Positions 1 to 12,964 of a DNA stretch of 44,258 nucleotides are shown piece by piece. The notes under the pieces are model-generated. The model ran no database searches. It was not told the DNA's origin and worked only from the letters and a program-made list of their open reading frames with translations. Every line of letters begins with the position of its first letter. Within the stretch, counting starts at the first letter, position 1. The stretch covers positions 10,096,455 to 10,140,712 of the forward strand of contig NC_069009.1 of NCBI RefSeq assembly GCF_001194135.2. Reading direction: 5' to 3'. The stretch is from Octopus bimaculoides. Taxonomy: Eukaryota. Position numbers and translations under genes: made by a program.

Positions 1-608
<608 letters not shown>

Positions 609-634
609 TATTATTATCATCATCATTATTACGC

Positions 635-985
635 ATCAAAAATCTGTGATGTCAGCAACACCAGACATCTGCAGGCATTCAACGATTCAAGAATAAGGCA
701 CCATAACATATGCCTTCGTAACGTCAATCCAAGCCAGACATGTTTGTATGATGTTTTTTACAATGCCTCAAAATTGTTTTATCGATGACCATGTGATACT
801 TGGTAACCTGAGAACTCTTCCTACATTTTTGTTCTCTTGGTAGTATTTCTTCCTGTGCCAGGAAAGTGTATGTCTTTGCCGCACATATTCCAGGAGTACT
901 TTCCAGATTATGTTTCGGCATGCTATGGGACGATAGTTTCCCACAATATTCCCCTTTTTTGTATCTTCCCTGTTTTGTTTTTTTC
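635..985 (-). mobile_element. RT N-terminal fragment of an R4/Dong-like LINE
   Basis: Minus strand reads KGNIVGNYRPIAC...; ORF 724-921 has LPREQKCRKSSQVTKYHMVIDKTILRHCKKHHTNMS, followed by AWID..KAY.MVP.S.I.ECLQM, the typical non-LTR RT block before domain 3. Confidence 0.75.
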
Positions 986-3900
986 TACTTTCGTCAAAAT
1001 TTCTTCCATTTCTCGCCGAGTGTTTTCCGTACCCATAGGGCAGAGAAGCTCATTGTATGTATTTACAGTTTTCACACCCAAATTCACAGGTAAAATATGT
1101 ATTTAAAAAAATTAATGAACAAATATATTCATGAATGTATTTTGTTTTCACAGCGATAATGCTCTTCTAAGCACATTAGTCGTTCCAGTTAACACGATGT
1201 TCTGCACTTCCTGTAGGAATGGTAAGCCTGGCATCATTTTCAAATATGTTTCAGTGCCTTTTTTTTATCATTCCTAGAGATCCTGCAATCACTGGTACGC
1301 TAGTCGCCTTGAGATGCCACATTTCTTCAATTTCTATTCGCAAGTCTTTATATTTACTGATCTTGTCAAATTCATTCGCCGCTATATTGTGATCGCAAGG
1401 AATACTCATGTCAATCAATATATACATCCTTTTAGCTTTTATAGTTTTGTCGATATCTATGGGAAGTCCCAGAGAATCGATACATTTTCTCCCTCAGTCA
1501 CAGCTTCAGGATGGTGTTTATACCATTTGTCAGCGGTTTTGATTTTATAATGCCGACATATTGTCCCGTGTAAATACTGGTCGACTCTGTCATGACTTGT
1601 TTTATATTCTACAGGCGCTAAACCTCTAAACTCTAAGGTTAGGTGGTCTATAGTTTCAATCTCATCGTTACAGAATCGGAATTTTGGGACAGCTTCATTT
1701 TTTATCACATTGGCTTGGTAGTTCCAGGTCAATAAGTTTGTCTTCAGCAGCTAATATGAAACCTTCACTCTCTGCTTTCAGTCCTGAGCTTCGTAACCAT
1801 TGATGCGTGTGTTTCTGGTCGACAACAGCTTGTTTGCTACGAGCCACATACTTGCCATGCAGAGGTTTCTGTTCCCATCTGCTAGCTAATATTTCATGTG
1901 CTTTTGTCTTTGCAATTAATTTTATTTTCTTTGCAGCAACAGTTGGCGCATTTCCTTCAACCTGATCAATCTGGTAGTTACCTAAGTGATCAGTAGCGAA
2001 TTTTTTGCTCCCTTCCAGAATAGAGTGAAGTTTTTTCGGTCTTTCATGTTTTTCAACAAGTTTCAGCATCCAATCGTTAGTTGTTTCAAGGTATTTGGCC
2101 AGTCCGATTGTCGTGGTTTTGTACGTAAGTTGAATCAAGCCACGACCTCCCGGAGCTCTGGAAGGTAAAGACGATCCACGTCTGACTTTGGATGGTGCAT
2201 CTTATTACAAACCAGTAGCTTGCGGATTTTTGTATCAATTTTCATTATTTCACTGGGATTCCAGTCAAGCACATTAAAGCTATAAAGAACAACTGGGACT
2301 GCTAAGGAAATTATGGCTAACACCTTATCATATACATTCAGCTCAGACTTCAGAACTGCTCGGACTCTTCTATAACATTCCTTTCTAAACTTCTCTTCCA
2401 TGCTTGCATGCTGGATACCAGAGTCTTCATTTATTCCTAGGTATTTATAGGTTTGTTCCTGCTCAAGTTCCTTGATTATTGTTCCGACATCTAATTGACT
2501 TTATCAGTTTCCCTTTCTTTAACGTGGCTTTGGCACACTTTTCAAGGCCAAACGCTATCGCGATTTCATCACTGAATCATTTCACAGTACGTAGTAGTCC
2601 TTGAAGCTCTTCATCATCTTTGCCATATAGTTTTAAATCATCCATATAAAATAGATGGCTTATTTTCCTGTTGTCAATTTTGTAGCCATACCCTGTTCTA
2701 TTCAGTTCACTTGAGAGTGGTATTAGTGCTATGCAGAAAATTAGTGGTGAAAGTGAGTCACCTTAGAAAATGCCACAGTTTATGCTAATATTGCTTGAAC
2801 GCAATACTTCATTAGAATGATATAATTGGAGCTTCGTGTTCCATAGTGACATATACTTTCAAAATCTGAAAACACGGGAGAAATTTTGAAAAATGTCCCG
2901 CGATTTCAGAATCTACGAGTGTGGTATGCTGCCAAAGGCTTTTTTATATAATCAATCCATAAAGAGCTGAGATTTCTGCGCTTGTTATGGCAATTTTCAA
3001 GGATCATGCGATTAATTAGGAGCTGATCTTTGCATCCGTATGAGCCTCGTCTGCATCCTTTTTGTTCAGTGGGAAAGAGGTTATTCTCTTCCATAAACGT
3101 ATATGTTTTCTCCACTAGACTATATGTCAAAATCTTATAGGTAGTAGACAAACATGTTATAGGCTGGTAATTTTTGGGGTTTTTGATTTTGTTATTTTTG
3201 GGGAGGAGGTAAGTAATACCATATGCCATCCAATGGGGAGTTTTTTTCCGAGACCTTTATAATACTATTAAATGGTATTACTAACATTTTGTGTGCGGAC
3301 GAGAGTGATGAGAGCCAGAAATTTGGTACTCTATCAATACCAGAGGATTTCCACTTATGAGCCTTCGTTAGTCCCCTCCTTATTTCGGCGACTGAGATGT
3401 CTTCCCACACCTGTTGTTGTAGATTTTTGTAGGCATCTTGGGTGCGTTTGATCCAATTTGCATTTTCATTGTATGGTTTCTCATTACTACATATCCCTTT
3501 CCAAAAGTTTTCAACTTTTTCCATCAGGGGTGGATTTTCAATGGTTATTTTTTCTTTCCCTATTTCCTTGTAAAATGATTTGGCATTGGATTTGAACATC
3601 TTATTTTGCTTGTAGAATCTGATTCTTTTCTCAAATCTGCGTATTCTCTGAGCCTTCGCTTGAACTTTTTGTTTAAGTGTTTCATTCGCTGTCATTAGTT
3701 CTTCTGTTGTTGAGAGTCCATNNNNNNNNNNNNNNNNNNNNNNNNNNNNNNNNNNNNNNNNNNNNNNNNNNNNNNNNNNNNNNNNNNNNNNNNNNNNNNN
3801 NNNNNNNNNNNNNNNNNNNNNNNNNNNNNNNNNNNNNNNNNNNNNNNNNNNNNNNNNNNNNNNNNNNNNNNNNNNNNNNNNNNNNNNNNNNNNNNNNNNN

Positions 3901-4580
3901 NNNNNNNNNNNNNNNNNNNNNNNNNNNNNNNNNNNNNNNNNNNNNNNNNNNNNNNNNNNNNNNNNNNNNNNNNNNNNNNNNNNNNNNNNNNNNNNNNNNN
4001 NNNNNNNNNNNNNNNNCTGCTTCATTTCAATGATAGATTTTCTGTGTAGTTTCGGCAGATGGTCGCCTTTCAGTCAATGCTTGTGGTCCAACATTCCTCT
4101 CCTCTGCTTCGTTATTTCTTTCCTGACTTATACTTAGGTCATTCTCTACCATTTTTTAAAAAAATAGTGGTTATTTCTACATATGTGAGTCTGGTGTTTC
4201 TGAAGATATCTCTTCTAGTATCTACTAATCTGTTTTTATCCAGGTTTGGTCTGCTGGTTGGATTCCGGCTCCTCCAGATTCTGTAGGATTTTGCAGTGTA
4301 TTTCTCTTGGGTTGGCCTACTTAATGCAAAGTGTTAAGCGTATATTACTTCTTTGTATTCTTCCCGGTTCCATTTAGTTTTTTTACATTTTTGATTTTGT
4401 AGTCGTGGTGGTGAAATTTAGGGGCTTAATTTGGGACAAATCCCGTTTAAGTGACCTTCCAGGTTCGTATCAGGGAAAGATAATCTGCCATTTGAAAATG
4501 TTTCAGTCAGGCTGACAGCCTCCTAACAGGCGCGTTTCCAGAGTAACCATTGGACAAGCGATTCGGTGTACTGTTTGAAA
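985..4580 (-). mobile_element. Near full-length, pseudogenised R4/Dong-clade (RT+RLE) non-LTR retrotransposon
   Basis: Order on minus strand: N-terminal KWTREEYKEVIY (~4370); FYKEIG/VENFWKGI/WKSSGIDRVPNFWL (ORF 3192-4025); NYQPITCL, EQKGCRRGSYGCKDQLLINRMIL (ORF 2906-3229); GIF.GDSLSPL and YMDDL (~2630-2770); KPLHGKY..HQWL (ORF 1695-2138); CRFCNDEIETIDHL, HDRV..YLH..IC, ILWDFP (ORF 1457-1732); IDMSIP...KISKYKDLRIEI (~1320-1420); 3' UTR to ~985. Many stops and frameshifts; N-gap 3722-4015. Confidence 0.9.
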
Positions 4581-4734
4581 TTTTCTTTTCTTTTGAAGTA
4601 AAGTTATATTATTATTACATTTTCATTTTTTAAATACTTTTATTTCTTTATTTCTTTATCTATTTTTATTTTATTTTTATATATTCTTTATTTATTTTAA
4701 ACCACTAATCTTCATACAGGGGCCGCATTTATCA

Positions 4735-5037
4735 TCATTAGCAGCAGCACCAGTTGTTGTAGTAGCAGCAGCAATATCACTATCAGCAGCAGCGGCAGTG
4801 GTGATAGTAGTAGTGGTGGCAGCAGCAACAGCAGCAGCAACAGCAGTGCCAGCGGCAACAGCAGTAGTAGTAGCAATAGTATCAGTAGTAGTAGCAGTAG
4901 TAGTAGTGGCAGCAGCAGCGGTGGTAGTAGCAACAGTAGTAGCAGCAACAGCAGCAGCAGTAGTAGTAGTAGTAGTAGTTGTAGTTGTAGTAGTCGTAGT
5001 AGTAGTTGTAGTTGTAGTAGTCGTAGTAGTAGTAAGT
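4735..5037. repeat. Degenerate (GCA)/(GTA)/(GTT) trinucleotide microsatellite cluster
   Basis: Runs of AGC/AGT/GTT triplets; source of the poly-L, poly-V and poly-Y ORFs. Confidence 0.95.
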
Positions 5038-5841
5038 ACGGCTCATGTAATTTTGGGGGGGGGAGTGGGATGGGATCCGAAGGGTCAAAAAGAGTTCAAA
5101 TATCTACTAATACTAGCAGCGAACAACAGCAAAAGTGACCTTGACCTTAAGAAAAATTAAGGGCCGACTTTGTCCTGTATTATTTGTGAATAGAGAAGTT
5201 GTGTTCGATCAGAGAGAATCTATTATTATTATCATTATTATTTTAAAATGTTTTTTTCCAAGTGCATTTCTGTTATTGCAATAAAAGGTAAGTTTGCATA
5301 TTTCTGGTAGTCAGGGAGAAAATAATGTTATATTGTAGAAATTAAATTTGACTTTTCTAGAGATGTTCGTTTGCATGTCTAGTTAGAGAAAACATTTGTG
5401 TTTTTGCAATAAAAAGGATGTTTACATTTTTGAATACAAGGGGAGAAAGGAAAGAAAAGACAAGAGTCAAATTTTCACAGAAAGTTTTAAGATTCACCAA
5501 AGATGGTCTTTTGTATTTTCCACACAGACAAAACTATAATATTTTTAGAATATAAAAAAAAGGATGTTTACTTTTTCGAATACTTGCGGACAGAGGAAAG
5601 GATGAGTATTCAGAGCAGTTGTCGATATTAAAGTCTGAGTGTTTGAAAACTTTAGATATGTAAATTTGTAAAATTTGTAAATTTCTTAACTTATTTCGAA
5701 GGGAATTTTAAATACTCACAGGATATTGTAGATATTCCAGTCTTTGAGAGTTATTTTCCCCCGTTGTCCTGCTGAGACATATTAGTGTTTCTATAGCTTT
5801 CGGATACTGAATGGTCAGAGCAGTGAATTATTATTATTATT

Positions 5842-6188
5842 ACGGGCCGGGGCCCATGGATAATTTCCAAAGGTCCCACGCCTGGCAGTGCTACCGAGGT
5901 GCGCTACCTGTTCGAGATAAACTCTACCGACATGGAAGTGCCGTCAACCGGGCCTGCCCGAGGTGCGCTCAGGACGACGAAACCGTTCTGCACGCACTCG
6001 TCCAGTGCCCGAGCATTGCTGACCTGTGGGTCTATATCGAACAGCTACTGTCACGTGTAGGACGGATCCGGCTATCAGCTGGATCCATCGTGAGAATTGA
6101 CCCGCCGACCTCCTTTAACCAGGAGGGCAAGGCAATTTTCCTATGCCTAGTGGCTGTAGCGAAAGAGGTGATATGGTGGACCCGTTTG
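5842..6188 (+). mobile_element. 3' ORF2 fragment (zf-RVT-type zinc-binding region) of an L1/Tx1-clade LINE, 5'-truncated, running into a gap
   Basis: Frame reads DNFQRSHAWQCYRGALPVRDKLYRHGSAVNRACPRCAQDDETVLHALVQCPSIADLW, i.e. W...R..LP....L....CPRC...ET..H....C, the C-terminal CCHC of L1/Tx1 ORF2. GC content is well above the flanks. Confidence 0.8.
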
Positions 6189-6843
6189 NNNNNNNNNNNN
6201 NNNNNNNNNNNNNNNNNNNNNNNNNNNNNNNNNNNNNNNNNNNNNNNNNNNNNNNNNNNNNNNNNNNNNNNNNNNNNNNNNNNNNNNNNNNNNNNNNNNN
6301 NNNNNNNNNNNNNNNNNNNNNNNNNNNNNNNNNNNNNNNNNNNNNNNNNNNNNNNNNNNNNNNNNNNNNNNNNNNNNNNNNNNNNNNNNNNNNNNNNNNN
6401 NNNNNNNNNNNNNNNNNNNNNNNNNNNNNNNNNNNNNNNNNNNNNNNNNNNNNNNNNNNNNNNNNNNNNNNNNNNNNNNNNNNNNNNNNNNNNNNNNNNN
6501 NNNNNNNNNNNNNNNNNNNNNNNNNNNNNNNNNNNNNNNNNNNNNNNNNNNNNNNNNNNNNNNNNNNNNNNNNNNNNNNNNNNNNNNNNNNNNNNNNNNN
6601 NNNNNNNNNNNNNNNNNNNNNNNNNNNNNNNNNNNNNNNNNNNNNNNNNNNNNNNNNNNNNNNNNNNNNNNNNNNNNNNNNNNNNNNNNNNNNNNNNNNN
6701 NNNNNNNNNNNNNNNNNNNNNNNNNNNNNNNNNNNNNNNNNNNNNNNNNNNNNNNNNNNNNNNNNNNNNNNNNNNNNNNNNNNNNNNNNNNNNNNNNNNN
6801 NNNNNNNNNNNNNNNNNNNNNNNNNNNNNNNNNNNNNNNNNNN

Positions 6844-6918
<75 letters not shown>
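6844..6918. repeat. (TAT)n microsatellite
   Basis: Perfect triplet run directly abutting the 3' end of the next RLE element. Confidence 0.97.
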
Positions 6919-6922
<4 letters not shown>

Positions 6923-7610
6923 TAGTCTTATTTTTATAACGTGCTTTCACTTCACTACCGAGCGCAGCTCTGTATGCCTTGTGTTGTGCTGTGGTTTACT
7001 GTGATGCTCTTATGGTTGCTGTGTTGAAAGTGTTTTGCATAGGATGTGTGCAGTGCCTAGTAGTCCTATTTTCTGTATGTTATATATATATCTGTTAGTC
7101 CTGGTGCTTTTGCTATGTATTTGTCTGCGTATTTTTTATCATAACTAATGCCCCCATTATGATAAGAATAGTTTCTGTTTTAAGACTCCACATTCGAGTT
7201 ACCTCTACTTCCAGGTCTTTGTATTTTGAAAGTTTCTCCATTTCTTTTCGAGAAAAAATATCTACTTTTGGTATTGATACATCAATTAGAAATCATTTTT
7301 TATTTTTCTTGATCTCTGAGAAATATATCTGGCCTATTGACCTTAATTTCTTTATCTGTGTGTATTGGCATATCTCATAGTGTTGTTGTTTTCTCATTTT
7401 CTGTGACCGTTTCTGGCGTGTGCCTATACCGTCTTTTTTATGTTGTTATTCCATAGTGGTGGCATAGCGTCCAGTGTATATAGGTCCCACCTCTATCGTG
7501 TCTTTGAATATATTTCTTCTTAACCAGGACTGGACAGCCAGAGACAGTATGGTTCATGGTTTCTTGTCCATCGCCTTATATTTTTAGGTAATTGTTGTTT
7601 TTTTTAGTTG
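6919..7610 (-). mobile_element. 3' RLE fragment of a further R4/Dong-like LINE subfamily, with (TAA)n tail
   Basis: Minus strand: GDGQETMNHTVSGCPVLVKKKYIQRHDRGGTYIHWTLCHHYG...TL*DMPIHTDKEIKVNRPDI...LIDVSIP...KEMEKLSKYKDLEVEVTRMW...QKIGLLGTAHIL, then a short 3' UTR and TAA repeats. Confidence 0.85.
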
Positions 7611-7711
7611 TATAGTGAAACTAGCTTGCTGTTGTCACTTGATCTATTATAACTGCTTCAGATGATTTTTGTTTTTAAAGGCTTTTTAAAAAAAATCATA
7701 TGGTTGCATTA

Positions 7712-7846
7712 TTTTTTTAACCCCGCCAAGGAGGCTATGTTTTTGCCGGTGTTGGTTTGGGAAATTGGGCGATTTTCAGCTTGCGCGTATATGGGTGGAA
7801 ATGAGCTGCTTGGTGGAGGTCTGCACTCTCCGAGTGCTTTTCTAGT
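7712..7846 (+). mobile_element. Miniature Helentron/HINE-like non-autonomous element
   Basis: T-run; subterminal AACCCCGCCAAG (7719-7730); imperfect inverse CTTGGTGGAGGT (7809-7820); perfect hairpin GCACTC-tcc-GAGTGC (7823-7837); then TTTTCTAGT. Lies between two R4-like fragments. Confidence 0.6.
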
Positions 7847-7849
7847 TCA

Positions 7850-8372
7850 TCATTAGTTGAACTTTACAGCCGAATGAGCCTTTCCAACATTCCTTCTGCT
7901 CTTCTGGAAACATGATTTTTCCTCCAGTTGCTTGCTCATTCTCTGCGATATTATTGCTGTAAAAGCTTTGTAAATTGTAGAGAGACAAGTTATTGGTTTC
8001 TAATTTTGTGGGTTTGCTGTTTCAGTGGATTTGAGAATTACGATAGTTTTCCCTTTCGTGAGCCATCCAGGCATTGTCTCTGCCTCTGCTAGTATGTCAT
8101 TAAATTTCTCAGTCAGCCTTTTGTGTGTCCTTGTCAGATATTTTAACCAGAAGTTGGGGATCTTAATATTCCCAGGTGCCTTCCAGTCTTTTTTTTGTGC
8201 TTGGGTGACCTCTTCAGTTGTTATAGGGATCCAGAGTTGTTCAGGTGCCAAGTTGTTTTGATAGACCTTTTCTGAGGTTGTTCCTTCGTTGACCATATTT
8301 CTTTCCAAACTTTTTCCAATTTTTCTGCTGTTGGTGCTGCATTGATGGCAATTTTATTGTTGCCGAGTTCTT
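7850..8372 (-). mobile_element. RT N-terminal fragment of an R4/Dong-like LINE
   Basis: ORF 8000-8308 (ITTEEVTQAQKKDWKAPGNIKIPNFWLKYL...WLTKGKTIVILKS...NPQN) continues via frameshift into (Y)RPITCLSTIYKAFTAII. Confidence 0.8.
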
Positions 8373-8375
8373 GGA

Positions 8376-8442
<67 letters not shown>

Positions 8443-8600
8443 CAGCGGAATGGATGAATCGTCAGCGCGTTGAACGAAATGCCCGTCGCTACGTTCTGAG
8501 TTCAAATGCCGCCGAGGTTGACATTGCCTTTCATCATTTCGGGAACGATAAATTAAGTGCCGTGGTACACTGGATACGACTAGTCCCGTACACCGTCAAG
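8373..8600 (-). mobile_element. SINE/LINE-tail-like repeat fragment with (TAA)n tail
   Basis: Minus strand CCCGAAATGATGAAAGGCAATGTCAACCTCGGCGGCATTTGAACTCAGAACG is homologous by eye to plus-strand segments at ~10735, ~12415 and ~35195, and ends in a TAA run (8373-8439). Assignment to a cephalopod-type SINE is from recollection. Confidence 0.5.
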
Positions 8601-9242
8601 TCTTATGCCTACAGTCGTGAGGACCTGATTCTGTTAACAGCATCAACCACGAGCGGCAGAGGAGCCTAGACACTTTCATTAGTTGAAGACTTCTGTTCGC
8701 ATAATTTTCAAGGCAGACCCATATATCTTGCGCTGCGGAAAGGTGGTTTAGAAGCAGGTACAGCTTCTCATTCTGTAGCTTTCAATTACTGTTCGTGACT
8801 GAGAAGCCGTTGGGAATCTCGGGAACTGAATTTCACAGCAACCTGATAGGAGCACAATCAATCTATGAAACCAACAAGTAATCGGAAGCCTGCCTACCCA
8901 AAGGAATTCGTGGTACGTTTAAAACCTGGATTTACATATATGGCATTCCTCGAGGACACCTTGCGGGGCTCTTTGTATAGGAAATTCCAATATCCATAGT
9001 GAAAGGTAGTCAGCGGTTTCCATTAGAAATGGCTGAGTTCCCAACAGCCACGGTGCCTGAGTAACATCGCCCTGCATCGAAAACACTAGTTGATACACGC
9101 CATGAATATCTTAAGGGCATACGTGGTTATCTCCGAAGAAAATGTGTTACACTACCGAGACACCTGCTGCCCTAAACTCTTTCAGACTGTTAATGATGTC
9201 AGACCAAGACAGAAGTGGAGAGCGGCTGAGGCCGTCGAGCGA

Positions 9243-12200
9243 AAGGCAGTAGACACCGTCTATCTACATGTACGTTATGGTGACGCATCTGGTGCATTGT
9301 GAAATAATTCATTATATTTGTATTGATAGAACAGATCTCATTGATGGATCATTTATGCTGCCGAAGCTCTATGCTATAAGCAATAGAGATATAGTATCCG
9401 ATACATCAGTCTTCTTTCGAACGTGTCAGTACACATGAATATCTCAAAATGGTAATCTTTCAAAATTAGTGGCTACACAGACCAGATATGTGTTCTACGT
9501 TCGATCTAGAGAAGCTTCATAGTCAGAAATTTGATTACTGGTAACTGAACGCTTTTCTCCTAACAATCCAAATTTGCGTAAATACTTTGAGACTGTTGTT
9601 AAGGTCAAAACAAGAGGGAAATTTAGAGCAGTGGAGACCGTCAAGGTTTCCATTGGACTACCTTTTCCTATGGCTGAGTAGCCGTATTGTAACATTTTCT
9701 ACGTCGCCGAGTGGCCGTTTTCTCTATAGCCGAGTAGCCATCATTTCATTTTCTACATGACAGAGTAGACATCGTTGGGTAATGTCGAAATCGTTCTCCT
9801 CCTTTCAAAGTACAACATTTCGATCTTGTTTAGTCTCCTCCATTAAAATACTGTTCGCGTTTGCGCTTGGTGAAACCAATCACATCTGCAAATAAAATAT
9901 ATACACACTCCCTAAATTTCTTCCCATCATTTTCACATTCCAACAATTCCATCTTTTGCAGAAGCCAAACTCTTTGGAAGAGTAAAACAAATTCTTTATG
10001 ATCTACTCAGTAGACGAAAAAATACTCCGCATTTGTTTTGGTTTCCTATGTAGAGATTTGTCATCCCTTGTGCGCAATGACGCAATGGGGGAAAACGAAT
10101 GCTACTGCGACAACTCGGTGTTTGCTGGTATTAGTGGCAGACTGAATCACATCCTCCTTCGTCTTGTTCGATGATCTCTGGGTGTTACTCAGTTCTGACG
10201 GAGTATCAGGTTGCGTATATTTAAGTGAGTTAGTAGATATTCTTTTCTAAATTGCCGAGGAACGTTGAAGGTGCTCTCCGTTTCTCATAGACTAACACGA
10301 TAATCTTCCTTTGTTTCTTTCATTAAATCAATAGGATTAATAACAATCCCATTGGCACAATCTTCTTAAATTTCTTCGAGTTCTTTTCACATTCCAATAC
10401 TTCCAACATTTCCCCGAGCCGTGCTTTGAACTCACTATGTTCTATGTTCCTAGAGGAAAACAGCTAACTTCGTTGGAAGAGTAAAACAAATGCTTGAAGA
10501 TCTACTTCGTAATTCTTATCCAAGACGAAAAAGAATAACGAGTGAAAAGATAATGAAGAAAACAAAAGACATATAATTATACAAACACTGAAGGACAGAC
10601 ACATATATAATATCCTTTATACATACACACATATAATATCATTTCTGTGAAAGGCAAAAGTGCCTGGAATTTTGAAGGAGAGGGTTAATTTATTACAGCG
10701 ACCTCCGTATTTCACTGATACACATATGATCAACTGCGAAAGGATGAATGTCAAATTCGACCTTTGCTGAATTTGAGCCCCAAACGGAAAGATGGATTAA
10801 ATACCTCTAAGCATTTCACCCGGCGTGCTAATGAGTCTTCCAGCTCACCGCCTCACAAACATGATATGAAACATTGATGCGAACCCAAACGTTGATGCGA
10901 ACTCAAAACTTGATGCAAACCCAAAACCATAACGTTCTCACACATTCACAGTGACATATATAGAGAGAAAGTGAGATAGAGAAGGGCCAAAAAGGGTTAA
11001 GAAAGAAATATATGAAGGCAGTAGACTCCGTCTATCTACATGTACGTTATGGTGACGCATCTGGTGCATTGTGAAACAATTCATTATATTTGTATCGATA
11101 GAACAGATCTCATTGATGGATCATTTATGCTGCCGAAGCTCTATGCTATTAGCAATATAGATATAATATCCGTTGCATCAGTCTTCTTTCGAATGTGCCA
11201 GTACACATGAATATCTCAAAATGGTAATCTTTCAAAATTAGTGGCTACACAGACCAGTCATATGTGTTCTATGTTCAATCAAGAGAAGCTTCATAGTCAG
11301 AAATTTGATTACTGGTAACTGAACGCTTTTCTCCTAACAAGCCAAATTTACGTAAATACGTTGAGACTGTTGTTAAGGTCAAAACAAGATGGAAATGTAG
11401 AACAGTGGAAGCCGTCAAGATTTCCGGTGGTCTACATTTTTCTATAGCTGAGTAGCCGTATTGTAACATCTTCTAGGTGGCCGAGTGGCCGTTTTCTCTA
11501 TAGCCGAGTAGCCATCATTTCATTTTCTGCATAAAGGCGTAGCCATCTCTTCCTTTCAAAACCAATATTTTGATCTTGTTTAGTCTCCTCCATTGAAATA
11601 CTGTTGGTGTTTGCGCTTGCAAATAACATATATACACATTTCCTAAATGTCTTCCCTTCATTTTCACATTCCAATAATTCCATCTTTTGCAGAAGCATTG
11701 CCTTCATCTCAGTCTGTTTCTGATAGAAAATAGCCAAACTCTGTGAAAGAATAAAACACATTCTTTATGATCTACTTATTAATTCTTATCCAAGACGAAA
11801 AAATACCCCGCATTTGTTTTGGTTTGCTATGTATAGATTTGTCGTTCCTTGTGCGCAATGACGCAATGGGGGAAAACGAAGGCGAATACGACAACTTGGT
11901 GTTTGCTGATATTAATGGCAGGCTGAATCACTTTATTTTATAAATTGCCGAGGAACGTCGAAAGTGCTCTCAACTTCTCATAGACTAACACGACAATATT
12001 CTTTAGTCTCTTTTATTAAATCAGTAGGATTAATAACAATCCCATTGACACAATCTTCTTAAATTTCTTCGAGTTATTTTCACATTCCAATACTTCCAAC
12101 ATTTCGCCAAGCCGTCTTTTGAACTCACTATGTTCTATGTTGCTGGAGGAAAACAACCAACTTCGTTGGAAGAGGAAATCAGATGCTATAAGATCTTAGT

Positions 12201-12720
12201 AATTCTTCTCCAAGACGAAAAAGAATAACGAGTGAAAAGATAATGAAAAAAACGAAAGATATATAATTATACCAACACTTTAGGACAGAGATAGACATAT
12301 GCCTATACACATATAATATCCTTTCTGTGAAAAGCAAAAGGCCTGGAATTTTGAAGGAGAGGGTTAATTTATTACAGCGACCTTCGTACATCATTGATAC
12401 ACATATTATCGACTGCAAAAGGATGAATGTCAAATTCGACCTCTGCTGAATTTGAACCCAAAACGGAAAGATGGATGAAATACCTCTAAGCATTTCACCC
12501 GGCGTGCTAATGAGTCCTCCAGATCACCTCCTCACACACATGATATGAAACATTGATGAGAACCCAAACATTGATGTGAACCCAAACGTTGATGCGAACT
12601 CAAAATTTGATGCAAACCCAAAACCATAACGTTCTCACCCACCTTCTCACACATTCGCCGTAATATATATAGAGAAAGTGAGTTAGAGAAGGGCAAAGAA
12701 AAGGTAAGAAAGAAAGATAG
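9243..12720 (+). repeat. ~1.77-kb diverged tandem duplication inside copy 1 (units ~9243-11010 and ~11015-12720)
   Basis: GAAGGCAGTAGAC.CCGTCTATCTACATGTACGTTATGGTGACGCATC begins both units; near-identical small ORFs 9495-9695 and 11275-11469; a third copy starts at ~33795. Confidence 0.9.
10655..10855 (+). mobile_element. Degenerate SINE-like fragment (paralogous copies ~12335-12535 and ~35115-35315)
   Basis: GCGAAAGGATGAATGTCAAATTCGACCTTTGCTGAATTTGAGCCC...AAATACCTCTAAGCATTTCACCCGGCGTGCTAA, similar to the reverse complement of 8440-8560. Confidence 0.5.
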
Positions 12721-12964
12721 GAAGATATGAAATATTTACAAATAAACAGTAAAGGAAATAGTGTCAGCATAACTGATTCTACTTACAACCAGGAAATGGA
12801 AACGTTTACGAATGATCCTTTTTCAATTTTCTGGATTTTGTTATTGGATAGATCTCTGTAATATAAAAGAAGATGCATAAGAATTAATATAGAAGAATTT
12901 AGTCATAAAAATTTGAAATATGTCTAATGAATTAGATGCAAGAAGAGAAGAAAAAGAAGCAGTA

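Noticed and set aside
5136-5147. TGACCTTGACCT nuclear-receptor-like direct repeat
   Set aside because: A single 12-mer within repeat-derived DNA, with no nearby gene.
4712-5160. Poly-Leu, poly-Val and poly-Tyr/Cys ORFs
   Set aside because: They are translations of trinucleotide microsatellites; the same applies to the YI/IY-rich ORFs at 13189-13659 and 35857-36357.
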